A stretch of DNA of 64,000 nucleotides from an uncultured Gemmatimonadales bacterium. Lineage in GTDB: Bacteria > Gemmatimonadota > Gemmatimonadetes > Longimicrobiales > RSA9. The notes under the pieces were generated by a model. It was given only the letters and a program-made list of their open reading frames with translations. It had not been told where the DNA came from and searched no databases. Of the stretch, positions 31,801 to 40,900 are shown one piece after another. The stretch's first letter is position 1. The number at the start of each line of letters is the position of its first letter. Made by a program: the position numbers and the translations under genes. The stretch covers positions 384,001 to 448,000 of the forward strand of contig CAWCUS010000006.1 of assembly GCA_963798845.1 (NCBI GenBank), written 5' to 3'.

Positions 31801-32244
31801 GCGTGGCACGACCTCTCGGACACGCTGCGGGCGGTGGCCCTTCCGGGCAGCGTGAACTTCGATGGTCGTCTCAGAGAGCTGGTACCGCTGAATACCGTCT
31901 ACTTCCTGCCAGCGACGGAGCGCGACGGGGGGATGGCGCTGGCCGGGCTGTTGAACTCCCTGCCCGTGCGGACGTTCGCTCGGGCGATTGCCGAGCGCGC
32001 GAAGGACGCACGCTTCCGGTTCTTCGCGTGGACGGTGGCCTGTGTCCCGCTTCCGCACGCGTGGGACGCCTCGCCCGCGGGGCGAACGATCCGGAGGATC
32101 TCCAGGGAGGCGCACGCCGCTGGCGGTCTCGGGCCGGAAGCGGCCGCGGCGCTGGATCGTGCAGCAGCCGCGGTGTACGGACTCGGGGCGGAGGAGGTGG
32201 CGGCGCTGGAGCGGTTCGATCGCTGGCTGCGGGGGCAGTCGTGA
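28900..32244 (+). CDS. large N6-adenine DNA methyltransferase (Eco57I/type IIG-like)
   Basis: PYLNGGLF, DPEVLGRVFE, GSYYTP, VLDPACGSGAFL (motif I), LPNLD..I..GDAL, FDIIVSNPPW (motif IV) and a TaqI_C-like target-recognition region. Confidence 0.9.
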   Translation: MANPTTLEALARAANHRAGLLSLLRGLGFGGHGDEVPEPVWPAWGVAPRGDVAALLLAGTVGTLTAVVLELKGRLCGDTIAAIAGAIRRRNPALLYLFAFSSRVFEEVALATFAADSEFRYLRFEPERLRRSDLDALCELVAGPGETGLELALRHARALDRSRITRRFFNEFRARRNAVSRAWTGIPAVAERERSELALLLLSRLTFLYFLQRRGVLASDDRYLPHLFGAWSDTPGAGSSFYRARLRPLFFESLNRRVEERAPAAAALGPLPYLNGGLFEPHPHERAWPGLDLPDAEMRAIFDDLLERYRFTPREALGGGGFGVDPEVLGRVFEGLMEPDRRLDTGSYYTPSHVVHRMVHEAVAEYVAGKVPGVDVRTLLAGCGAPLDAAARYRTRSALQRVRVLDPACGSGAFLVGALHHLARALGAVSDGDPHAIRESIVARSLHGVDLLDDAALLCSLRLWIALADDGGGEVRPLPNLDRRIRQGDALLDPLDLAATETAPGDDWVPASDPDLRHALRALPAAARRYVTSDPKARPSARAGLARAEAALARHWVRALSARQSTWLRHFRAVAADRDLFGDKPRSARTAETACRRAEERLEELKVVARQLQEKGSLPFFSFGVHFAAAERGFDIIVSNPPWVRAHRWPARLRTVAAKRFEVCREPGWPAATRLTGVPAAAGAQVDLSLLFVERCVSLLAPGGVVAVLVPAKTLRALYGGAMRRILLRDLEFALIEDHSLDAGAMFRADTFPAVLVARRPTTPGSRQANGRPVRVHLGRHHAAPLEFVANQLDLPVFPGDPASPWLLAPPDAVAAFRAMQRTGAPLGDSGRPRVHRGVMTGANDVLLLRRAEPRLGGLCRVEAEGYRRLRQGGGGSREAARSRAYVETSAVRPLVRGADINAFCYRTTSYVVWCHEASGQAVEPPPRMGRYLSRHRAALEARPGWRPDMPLGAVFRVAAATLGPKVAWHDLSDTLRAVALPGSVNFDGRLRELVPLNTVYFLPATERDGGMALAGLLNSLPVRTFARAIAERAKDARFRFFAWTVACVPLPHAWDASPAGRTIRRISREAHAAGGLGPEAAAALDRAAAAVYGLGAEEVAALERFDRWLRGQS

Positions 32245-32774
32245 CCCCGTCGCTCATCGATGAGGCCTCCCGTCCCACGGTGCGCGAGCGCTTCGGCGCG
32301 GCCATGGCGTCGGCGGAGGCGATCGACGTGGCCGTCACCCGGATCCGGCTGGCCGCGCTCGACCTCACTGCGCGGGAGCTCGGAGGCGTGCGGCGCTGCC
32401 GGCTGCTCCTGGGGGAGCTGGACGCATCGACGCTGCTGGACGCGGCGGAGCGAGCGTCCGCGCTGGGCCGCCTGAGGGCGTTCGCGGCGAGCGGACGGCT
32501 GGAGGTCCGGTCGTCGGGCCTGGGCGCGTGGGCGCCCGACTTCTGCGTGGCGCGTGGCGGCGGTGGGGTGGTCTCGATGGTGGGCGCGATCTACTTCGGA
32601 AACCCGCGACTCCTGACCGGTCCTGCCTTCACCCTGGTGGCGGAAGAGGTCGAGTGGGCCGAGCTGCTCTCTTCCCGTTTCGAGCGGCTGTGGGAGCGCG
32701 GTCATGACGTGCTTCCCGCGATTCGCCGGGTTCTGGACCGGGCCGATGGAGTGGACGGAGACCGGTCCGCGTGA
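32241..32774 (+). CDS. PLD-fold-like protein lacking the HKD motif
   Basis: Layout resembles a PLD nuclease (IDVAV, RLLLG, LEVR, ..FERLW), but WAPDF and GAIYFG replace HxK and GSxN; GTGA overlap with the MTase. Confidence 0.6.
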   Translation: MTPSLIDEASRPTVRERFGAAMASAEAIDVAVTRIRLAALDLTARELGGVRRCRLLLGELDASTLLDAAERASALGRLRAFAASGRLEVRSSGLGAWAPDFCVARGGGGVVSMVGAIYFGNPRLLTGPAFTLVAEEVEWAELLSSRFERLWERGHDVLPAIRRVLDRADGVDGDRSA

Positions 32775-35400
32775 CCTGGCAGCCCGCATCCTCACCGAGC
32801 TCTTCCGGGACGAAGGCACCAGCGCCCGGAACGACATGCCGGGGGCAGCGGGCCCCGCCGCGGTTCGCCTTCTGCCGTTCCAGGAGGAGGCGGCGATCCG
32901 CGCGCGCGCGATCCTCGGTCGGTACGGCGGCGTGGTGGTGGCCGACAGCGTCGGGATGGGCAAGACCTACGTCGCCCTCGCCCTCGTCGCCGACGCGCTG
33001 GAAGCGGGAGGGCGAGCGGGGCTGATCGTCCCCGCGGCACTCAGGCCGAAGTGGTCCAGTGCGTTGAAGCCGCTACGCGACGGCCACCCGGGCTCGGTGA
33101 CGCTGGCTTCGGACGCGTCGCTCAGTCGCGGGACCCACCCTCGCGAGCTGGCCGCCGTCGGGCTCGTCGTGGTGGACGAGGCCCACCGCTTCCGCAACCG
33201 CGCGACCCGCCGGTACGCGGCGCTTTCGCGGCTGGTGGCAGCGCACCCTGTCGAGCCGCAGGGAACGCCCCCGCGCCTTGTCCTGCTCACCGCGACGCCC
33301 ATCAACAATCATCCTGCCGACCTGTACCATCTGCTTCGCCTCTTCGCCCGCGACGACGAATTTCGCGAGCTCGGGGTCCCGAGCCTCGTGGAGGCGTTCG
33401 GGGCGCCGGGGGGCGGGCGCAGTGGCTCCCCCGCGGACCTGCCCGCGATCCGCCGCGTCGCAGACGAGGTGGTGATCCGGCGCACGCGGGCAACGGCCCG
33501 GGTCGGAAGCGGCCGACGCGGCCCGGACGGGGCGGTGAGCGGGGCCCTGACCTTCCCGAGGCGACTTCCTCCGCGCCTGGTCCGCTACGATGGGGCAGCG
33601 CTGCGGGAGGCCGTCAGCGCGATCACGCGGCTCGAGCTCCTCGCGCACGAAGCCGGAGTGACCGCGGGGCGCGGGGCCTCCGCCGGCGGAGAGGTTGCCG
33701 GAGATCTGCACGCAACGGCCGGGGCCGCAGACCTGGTGCGGCTGGGACTGTTGAAGCGTCTGGAGTCGAGCCGCGCCGGGGCGCTGATCAGCGTTCGGCG
33801 CCACCTCGGCTTCCTCCGTGCGTTCAGCGATGCAGCCGTGGAAGGTCGGCTGCTCGCGCTGCCGCATCTGGGCGGGCGGCGGGCCGGCGAGGCCGATCCG
33901 GCGCAGCTGATGCTCCTCGGTGTGGTCGCCCGACCCGCTCCTCCTGGCGTCGATCTGAGGTCGCTGCTCGCCTCGGCCGCCCGCGACCGCGCGATCCTGG
34001 AACACGTGGCGTCACTGCTCTCCGGCCCGGACCCTAAGATCGAGCGCTGCCGCCTCCTGGCACTCGAAATCGCCGCCGAGCGAGTGGTGGTCTTCACGGA
34101 ATTCCGGGACACGGCCGCGGCGCTGTGGCGGGCGCTCGCGCCGGACGTGCGGGTGGCGCGCATCGATGGCAGCGGCGCCTGGCTGGGGCTGCGCCCGGCG
34201 AGCCGCGCAGCCGTCCTGGCCCGGTTCGCTCCCGGAGCGTTCGGGCGCCGGGAGCCGGCCGCGCGCGAGCGGGTGGACGTCCTCATCGCCACAGAGGTGC
34301 TCGGCGAGGGCATGGACCTCCAGGATGCCCGCCACGTGGTCAGCTTCGACCTGCCGTGGAACCCCGTGCGACTGCTCCAGAGGATCGGCCGCGTCGACCG
34401 TCTCGGGTCGCCCCACGCGGAAGTCGTTCCCCACCTCTTCGTCCCGGACGGAGCCCTGGACGCGGTACTCGGCCTCACCCGCCGCGTCCGCCTCAAGCTG
34501 GAGGGGATGGCGGGCACCGTGTGGCCAGAGGGTGCGCTCGAACTGCTCGACAGCCTCGGGCGGGGCCGCCGCGCGGTGGCCGAAGCCCTCGAGCGCGCCG
34601 ACCGACGCGAGCACCAGGACGCGCTCGAATCGCTGCGCGTGCTGCGCCGATCGCTGGACCTGCCCGGCCAGCTGGACCCGGTCGGGGAGCGGGCGCCGTC
34701 GGCGCCGCGAATGGCGGCCGGAATGGCCGTCGTCGGAACGCCGGTCGTGCTGGTGTCCGTCGGCCGCAGGCGGTGGCTGCTGGAGCTGAACGACGAGTCC
34801 GGGGGCTGCACGCTCCGCCCGCCCGGCGCCGACGGGATCGAGACGATCCGCGGCGCGCTCGATCTTGCTTGCCCTGCCGCCCCCGTTCCTCCACCCGTGC
34901 TCCGCGTCCTCGACCGCCTGGCGCGCGAGCTCGCCGCCCGGACGCTCGCGCGCGGAAGGGCGCCCGCGACCATTTCCCGGGCCGGCCCCGCCGCCCGTGC
35001 CGCCCGCTACGTGCGGCGCGCTGTCGAGGCGGAAGGCACCGCCGCCAGCCCCACCGCACTCGCCCTCGCCGACGACCTGCTCCGTCGCCTCTCGCGCCCG
35101 CTGCTCCCACCGGTCGAGGCTGACCTCGAGCGGCTGATGCGCTCGAGCAGCCGGATCCATGGCCTGTCCGCCTGGCTGCGGGCGCTGCGTGCGACGCTCG
35201 GCCACGAGGCCCCCGCACCACCCACCGTGCCCGCTCGCCCCTCCGCCCCCAGGGTTGCCCGGGCCGGGCAACGCGACGGGCGGGAAGTTACGGCATCCAC
35301 GGACTCGCCCACGGCCTCGCAGCCGATGCTGATCCTGGCGCTCGTTCCTGCTTTCACAGGCCCGCGAGAGGCCGTTGACCACCGCCTCGAGGTCGATTAG
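32746..35400 (+). CDS. SNF2-family helicase/ATPase
   Basis: ADSVGMGKT, VVVDEAH, LTATPINN, LKRLESS, VVFTEF, EGMDLQ and LPWNP..L.QRIGRVDR motifs. Confidence 0.9.
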   Translation: MEWTETGPRDLAARILTELFRDEGTSARNDMPGAAGPAAVRLLPFQEEAAIRARAILGRYGGVVVADSVGMGKTYVALALVADALEAGGRAGLIVPAALRPKWSSALKPLRDGHPGSVTLASDASLSRGTHPRELAAVGLVVVDEAHRFRNRATRRYAALSRLVAAHPVEPQGTPPRLVLLTATPINNHPADLYHLLRLFARDDEFRELGVPSLVEAFGAPGGGRSGSPADLPAIRRVADEVVIRRTRATARVGSGRRGPDGAVSGALTFPRRLPPRLVRYDGAALREAVSAITRLELLAHEAGVTAGRGASAGGEVAGDLHATAGAADLVRLGLLKRLESSRAGALISVRRHLGFLRAFSDAAVEGRLLALPHLGGRRAGEADPAQLMLLGVVARPAPPGVDLRSLLASAARDRAILEHVASLLSGPDPKIERCRLLALEIAAERVVVFTEFRDTAAALWRALAPDVRVARIDGSGAWLGLRPASRAAVLARFAPGAFGRREPAARERVDVLIATEVLGEGMDLQDARHVVSFDLPWNPVRLLQRIGRVDRLGSPHAEVVPHLFVPDGALDAVLGLTRRVRLKLEGMAGTVWPEGALELLDSLGRGRRAVAEALERADRREHQDALESLRVLRRSLDLPGQLDPVGERAPSAPRMAAGMAVVGTPVVLVSVGRRRWLLELNDESGGCTLRPPGADGIETIRGALDLACPAAPVPPPVLRVLDRLARELAARTLARGRAPATISRAGPAARAARYVRRAVEAEGTAASPTALALADDLLRRLSRPLLPPVEADLERLMRSSSRIHGLSAWLRALRATLGHEAPAPPTVPARPSAPRVARAGQRDGREVTASTDSPTASQPMLILALVPAFTGPREAVDHRLEVD

Positions 35401-35403
35401 GTT
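35375..35403 (+). promoter_or_regulatory. sigma70-like promoter of tRNA-Asn
   Basis: TTGACC-N17-TAGGTT, 11 nt upstream of the tRNA; the -10 box contains the helicase stop codon. Confidence 0.6.
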
Positions 35404-35414
35404 CTGCCGTCTAT

Positions 35415-35487
35415 TCCCGCGTAGCTCAGCTGGTAGAGCAACCGGCTGTTAACCGGTTTGTCGCAGGTTCGAGTCCTGCCGCGGGAG
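35415..35487 (+). tRNA. tRNA-Asn (GTT), CCA not encoded
   Basis: Acceptor TCCCGCG/CGCGGGA, D-arm GCTC..GAGC, anticodon arm ACCGG-CTGTTAA-CCGGT, T-arm GCAGG-TTCGAGT-CCTGC. Confidence 0.97.
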
Positions 35488-35490
35488 CTG

Positions 35491-35540
35491 AACCGCCGCT
35501 GGGAGCCGGCTTGGCTCTCTGCGGCGGTTGCCTTTTCGTT
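35491..35540 (+). terminator. hairpin/terminator after the tRNA
   Basis: AACCGCCGC-TGGGAGCC..GGCTCTCT-GCGGCGGTT followed by CCTTTTCGTT. Confidence 0.55.
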
Positions 35541-35624
35541 GCGCCTGCCGGCAGTATCCGGAGCGGGAGACCGGCGCGGCGACTGCGTCACGGCTCGATC
35601 CAACCCAGGGGACGCGGTGAGGCC

Positions 35625-36179
35625 ATGACACCCCGGCTGATAAGGAAGGTCGACCAGCGGGCGCTCGGTGCGGTCCGGTTGGCGAAAGGGCTTCACACGC
35701 GGGTCATGGAACTGGCGCGGCGGCTGTCCGAGTCCCCTGAACGGAGCGGCTCCTCGGGCGGCGGCGCGGTCGTCCTCTTGACGGGCCCGGTCGGCAAGGG
35801 GAAGACCATGGCGGCGTCCATCCTGGCGAAGACATTGGGAAAGCCGCTCTACCGCGTCGACATGGGAGCCGTCGTCTCCAGGTACATAGGGGAGACGGAA
35901 AAGAACCTGGAGCGGGTCCTGGCGGAGGCCGAGCAGATGGAGGCAGCGTTGCTCCTGGACGAAGCCGACGCCCTCCTGGGAAAGCGGACGGAAGTGCGCG
36001 ACTCGCACGACCGCTACGCCAACGTGGAGGTCGGCAGTCTGCTGGATCGGCTGGAGAGGCACACCGCGTTGGTGGTCCTGGCCACGAACCTCCGCCACGA
36101 CGAACTCCACCCGGCGGTCGCCCAGAGAGCGGCCGAAGTCGTGGAGGTTCCGGCGGACGGCACGGAGGACGAGCTCTGA
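35625..36179 (+). CDS. short AAA+ ATPase, Afp15/Pvc15-like
   Basis: GPVGKGKT, VVSRYIGETEKNL and LLLDEADALLGKRTEVRDSHDRYANVEV, characteristic of eCIS-associated AAA ATPases. Confidence 0.85.
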   Translation: MTPRLIRKVDQRALGAVRLAKGLHTRVMELARRLSESPERSGSSGGGAVVLLTGPVGKGKTMAASILAKTLGKPLYRVDMGAVVSRYIGETEKNLERVLAEAEQMEAALLLDEADALLGKRTEVRDSHDRYANVEVGSLLDRLERHTALVVLATNLRHDELHPAVAQRAAEVVEVPADGTEDEL

Positions 36180-36193
36180 AGCGCCGGACTGTC

Positions 36194-37177
36194 GTGGCCT
36201 GCGCCGCCGTCGCGGTCACGGCCTGCGCCGACGCCGGGGACGCTCGCCCGCCGGACGCGGCGCCGGCCGGGGTGCTCTCCTTCGCCGTCTTCGGCGACGA
36301 TCCTTACAGCCGCGCCGCCGAGAGAAGGGTGGATGTCCTGCTGCGGGACGTGAGTGAGGCGGCTCCCGAGTTTCTGCTGCACGTGGGCGACATCGACGGC
36401 GGGAGATGCACGGACGAGGTCTACCTGCGCCGGCGTCAGCAGCTCGAGTCCCTGCCGGACTCGATCCCGGTGATCTACACGCCTGGCGACAACGAGTGGA
36501 CGGACTGCCACGGCTCCGGGATCGACCCGCTGGAGCGGCTGGCGTCGCTGCGTCGGGTCTTCTTCAGCGGGGCGTGGGCGGAGCGGAACCGCCGGGCGCT
36601 CGGACTGCTCACCCAGGAGGCGGCGGACGGGCTGCCGTACCCGGAGAACGCGCGCTTCGAGCGGGGTCCGATCGTGGTTGCCACCGCGCACTTCGTCGGC
36701 TCGCGCAACGGGATGGCGCCGTTCCGGGGCAGGACCGCGGCGCACGACAGCGCGGTGGCGGCGCGTACCGCGGCGTCGCTGGCGTGGATCCGGTCGGCGT
36801 TCGAAAGGGCGCGGGAGCGGGCGGCGCCGGTGCTCGTCGTGGCGTGGCACGCCGAGCCGTTCTTCGACGAGGAGTTCCGCCCGCTCCTGGTCCTGCTGGC
36901 CGAGGAGGCCGCGTCATTCGACGGCCGCGTCCTCCTGGTGCACGGCGACGACCACAGCTACACCCTGGACCAGCCGCTGACCGACCCGACGACGGGTGAC
37001 ACCCTCGACAACGTGACGCGGCTCGAGACCTTTGGCGACCCTGACGTCGGCTGGGTCCACGTGATCGTGGACACGGCGGCCGCCGAGCCGATCACCGTCC
37101 GCCCGTACCTGTGCGGCGGACGGTGGCGAAGCATGCTCGGGCTGCCCCTGCCGGGGCATTGCGCCAGCGCCAGGTGA
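36194..37177 (+). CDS. calcineurin-like metallophosphoesterase (probable lipoprotein)
   Basis: GDDPY, LHVGDI, TPGDNEWTDCH and VHGDDH motifs. Confidence 0.85.
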   Translation: MACAAVAVTACADAGDARPPDAAPAGVLSFAVFGDDPYSRAAERRVDVLLRDVSEAAPEFLLHVGDIDGGRCTDEVYLRRRQQLESLPDSIPVIYTPGDNEWTDCHGSGIDPLERLASLRRVFFSGAWAERNRRALGLLTQEAADGLPYPENARFERGPIVVATAHFVGSRNGMAPFRGRTAAHDSAVAARTAASLAWIRSAFERARERAAPVLVVAWHAEPFFDEEFRPLLVLLAEEAASFDGRVLLVHGDDHSYTLDQPLTDPTTGDTLDNVTRLETFGDPDVGWVHVIVDTAAAEPITVRPYLCGGRWRSMLGLPLPGHCASAR

Positions 37178-37239
37178 TGGGGGTGGGGCCGTAGCGCTCT
37201 CCTCGACCGGCAAGCCCCTGACACGGAGGCACCGCGACC

Positions 37240-37863
37240 ATGGGACGCAGAACGCTGGGTTACTGCCTGATCGCTCTCGCACTGGGCGCCCCGGCCTGCG
37301 CAGCCGCGCAGAGCTGTGCCGATCCACACTTCAGGTGGCCCGCGAAGACCGACGCAACACTGGCGACCGAAACTGCGCGGCGGGGCACCGTGTGGGCGAT
37401 GCTGAACCAGTGGCAGCCGCTCGAATTCACGGGGGAAGCGAAGTTCCGGTGTGCCGATCGGACGGGGCTGGAAACCCGGGTCTACAGCGTACTGGGCTGG
37501 GTCCGGCGAGTGAGGAAGGGAGAAAGGGACGGTGACTGGCATTTCGAGCTGACGTCGCGCCCGGACAGCCCTGTCGGGGACTGCATCGTCGCGGAGATCC
37601 CGTCGCCGGAGTTCTCGGCGCTCTTCCGGGCGGCGCGTGAGTCGCTCGACCGGCTGGTCGCTGCCGGCGGAGCGACGGTGGCATCCAACGGGGATGTCAG
37701 CGAGCCGGTCCGTGTGCGCGTGGTCGGGCCCGCGTTCTTCGACGGCGAGCATCGTGGGGGCGCCGGGCGCCGGGACCGGACCGATGGTGCGCACGGGCGC
37801 TGCAACAGCTCGGATCGGGCGCTCTGGGAGATCCACCCGGTGTACTGGATCGTCGCACCGTGA
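37240..37863 (+). CDS. secreted hypothetical protein
   Basis: Signal peptide; DGDWHFEL, IVAEIP, GPAFFD.EH and WEIHPV motifs; GGAGG RBS. Confidence 0.7.
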   Translation: MGRRTLGYCLIALALGAPACAAAQSCADPHFRWPAKTDATLATETARRGTVWAMLNQWQPLEFTGEAKFRCADRTGLETRVYSVLGWVRRVRKGERDGDWHFELTSRPDSPVGDCIVAEIPSPEFSALFRAARESLDRLVAAGGATVASNGDVSEPVRVRVVGPAFFDGEHRGGAGRRDRTDGAHGRCNSSDRALWEIHPVYWIVAP

Positions 37864-37938
37864 CCGCCGCGTGATCGCTGTGGCGGCCCATCGCGTTTGC
37901 CGCCGCCCGTCGAGCGGCCCAGCGGCAACCGCGCCGCT

Positions 37939-40900
37939 CTACGCCGGCACCAGGTCGAAGCTCGCGGTGAGCGTGCTGGTTAGGCCGCCGGGGACGCCGA
38001 CGGGGATCGAGAGGACCACGGGCACGGTCCCGGCCACGGCCGGATCGGCCGGGAAGCGGACCGTGAACGCGACGCCGGCGGTCCCGAGGAAGGCCCGAAC
38101 GGCTTCGCCCGGGTCATCGACGCGGGTCACGGCGGGCACCGGGTCTCCGGCGCCGGGCGCGTGCCCGTCGATCCGGGTGAGCGAGACGGCTCCCCGGAGG
38201 GCCGTGGGCACCAGCAGGACGCCCTCCGCACCCTGCGCGAGCTCGGTGAGCGCCGCGGCCGCGGGATCGGCGCTGCCCCGGAGCGGCACGGTGGCGACCA
38301 CGTCGACGGTGAACCGCCGGACGGGGATGTACAGGTCGCCGCCGAGGTGCGTGCCGAACGCGGCCAGCGACGGATCGGCGTAGCTGCCGGTGGCGGGGTC
38401 GAACGCATAGAACCGGCACACCTCCACCGGCTCACCCGCGCCATCGGTGTCCTGCGCCAGGAGCCGTCGGTCGTTGCGGATCCGGAGCACCGGTCCGTCG
38501 TCCGGCCGGGTGACGGTGGCCCGGAAGCGGCGAGCTCCGGCCTCCACGCCGTCGGGCGCCACGGTGACCAGCGCCTCCTGCGTGTGGACCAGCCGTATGG
38601 TTCCGCCGTCCGCCACTGCCTGCCCGTTCACCTGCACCACCACGTCGCGGGCCGTTACATCGAAGAAGACGGTCTGGCGCTCCCTGTCCTGTGCCTCTCT
38701 CGCCTCCTGCGCCTGCTGCGACGCGCTGGTCCCGCTCGGGTCGATGTCGTTCTCCACGGTGAGCCGGTGGCTTCCGGGCCGGGTGAACGCGGCGTAGCCG
38801 CCCACGTGGCGGACGGTGGTCGGGGCGTCCGGGATGTAGCCGAGCGCGGATGGGACGAAGCCGAGCGGGTTCGTGGCCGAAGCCAGCCCGCGCGGGCTCG
38901 AGGGATTCTTGGCGGTGAAGCGGTCGTAGAGCGCGGCGGCCGGGTCGGTCCCACCCGTCTCGACCGCGCCGTTCGGCTCGGCGGCCGCGGCGGTCGGGGC
39001 GCGATCCACCACCACGCGCAGCCGTTGCGACAGCCGGTGAACGCCTGGTCCGTCCTGGAAGGTCGCGTCGATGAGGCTGCTCGCGCGGAAGAGGGTCCAG
39101 TTCCGCAGCCGGGCGACGTCGCCCACGACCAGCTCGCGGTTCCCGAACCCGTCTGCGCCGCGGACCTCCCCGGTCACGCGTGACAGCGGCGTGTACAGAT
39201 CGCCGCTCTCCTGCGAGGCTTCCTGCTCGATGCGGGCCAGGTGCTCGGCGACGAAGAACCGGCCGTAGAAGACGTAGCCGAGGACCGGCAGCATGGACCA
39301 CATCTGGGTACCGACCAGGTAGCGGACGACCCGGAGCACCATGTTGAGCCAGGCGGGATCCGGCCCCACGGCCAGGCCGATCCGGCCCCAGGGGTCGAAC
39401 AGCCAGCGCATCCAGCCCATGCCCAGCTCGGTGGCCAGGTAGCTGTCGGCCTGCCCCATGGGGTCGCTCGCGCCCACCACCGCCACCCGCAGGCTGGTCT
39501 CGCCGCCCGTGACCGGGACCCTGTCCTCGATCTCGACCGCGTCCCCGTCCACGCGCATGACGTAGCTGCGGAACGTCTGGTCCCGGTAGCGGATCTCGAT
39601 CCGGTCCTGCTCGTGGAAGTCGCCGCCGTGGCCGGGCACCTCGATCCGGAAGGGGTTGTCGGGGTCCGGGACCGTGGCCGCGTGATAGCTGAACCAGGCG
39701 AACGCGTTCCCCGGGTCCAGGCTGGCGTAGCGCGCCACCTGGACGTCGCCATCGAAGGTCAGCGGCTCCTGGAGCGTCAGGAGGTCGCCCGCAACGCCGC
39801 CGGAGCGAACCACGGTGACGTCGCCCTGCCGGATGATCACCTGTGTGGCGTCGGCCAGCCCGCTCTGGCCCTCGGCGCTGGTGAGGCGGACGAGTCTGCG
39901 CTCCGGTCCCTGAACGCTGGCGGGGTACAGGTCGCCGCTGCCGCCAATGGCGCGGCCCAGCCCCCAGAAGAGCTTGCCCAGCGCCCAGAGGATCCCGCCC
40001 CACGTGGTGCCCACAACGCTGTTGAGCAGCCCGCCGTGGGTGAACAGCTGGAGCGCGTCGACGATCCCGCTCCACACGTCGCCGTCGTGGCGGTGCCGGG
40101 CGTGGACCGCGCCCGTGGGCGGAACGGCGGAGCCGTCCTTCGTGCGCAGGTGGAGCGTGCGCCCGTCCACGCCGCGGACCACGGTGTCCACTGCCGAAGC
40201 GCCCTGGACGATCTGGACGGTGTCACCCACGGACAGGCCCGGATCGGCGCCGTCGGCCAGGGCCAGGTCCCACGAGTGACCTGCCGCCGTGAGGGTCCCG
40301 TCGAAGAACGGACCGAACTCCGGCCGCTCGGCGTCCGTCGCCAGCTCCACCGGCAGCTCGAGGAGGAGCATGGGGAAGTAGCAGAACCAGAGCGGGCCCC
40401 AGCGGCTGTACTGGAGCGTGTGCGTGAGCTCATGGTCGGTGAGCGACTGCCGGCGGTCGATCTCGACCGTCTCGTCCTCCGGGACGAGCAGCGTGCCGGC
40501 CGACAGCGCGGCACCCGCGGCGGTGTTGCCGGCATCCCGATAGCCGGTCACCAGCACCAGCTCGCCGGCGGCCGAGGCGATCCCCGTGGTGTCGTCCGCG
40601 ATCAGGAGCGCGTCGCCGTCCCGGACGAAGCGCCCGGCGACGACGGACCCAAGCACGGTCACCGGCGCCAGGTCGGCGGTGCCGGAGAGGCCCGGGTCGG
40701 CGCCGAAGTCCACGCGCAGGTCCTGGCTCGCCGCGGTCACCACGGCGGGCCAGGTGCGGTCGCCCTGCACGATCCCGACGACGCTGTCCTCGGCGAACGC
40801 ATCCGGCTGCCAGACCGAAAAGTCGATCCGGGCGCCGGGGGCTGCGCCGGCCTCCCCATCCCGGGCGAGGAACGAACTCCCGTTGCCGGGGTCGTCGGGC

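Noticed and set aside
28900..35400. Complete DISARM or BREX system
   Set aside because: No DrmA/DrmB (DUF1998), PglZ or BrxC genes in the window.
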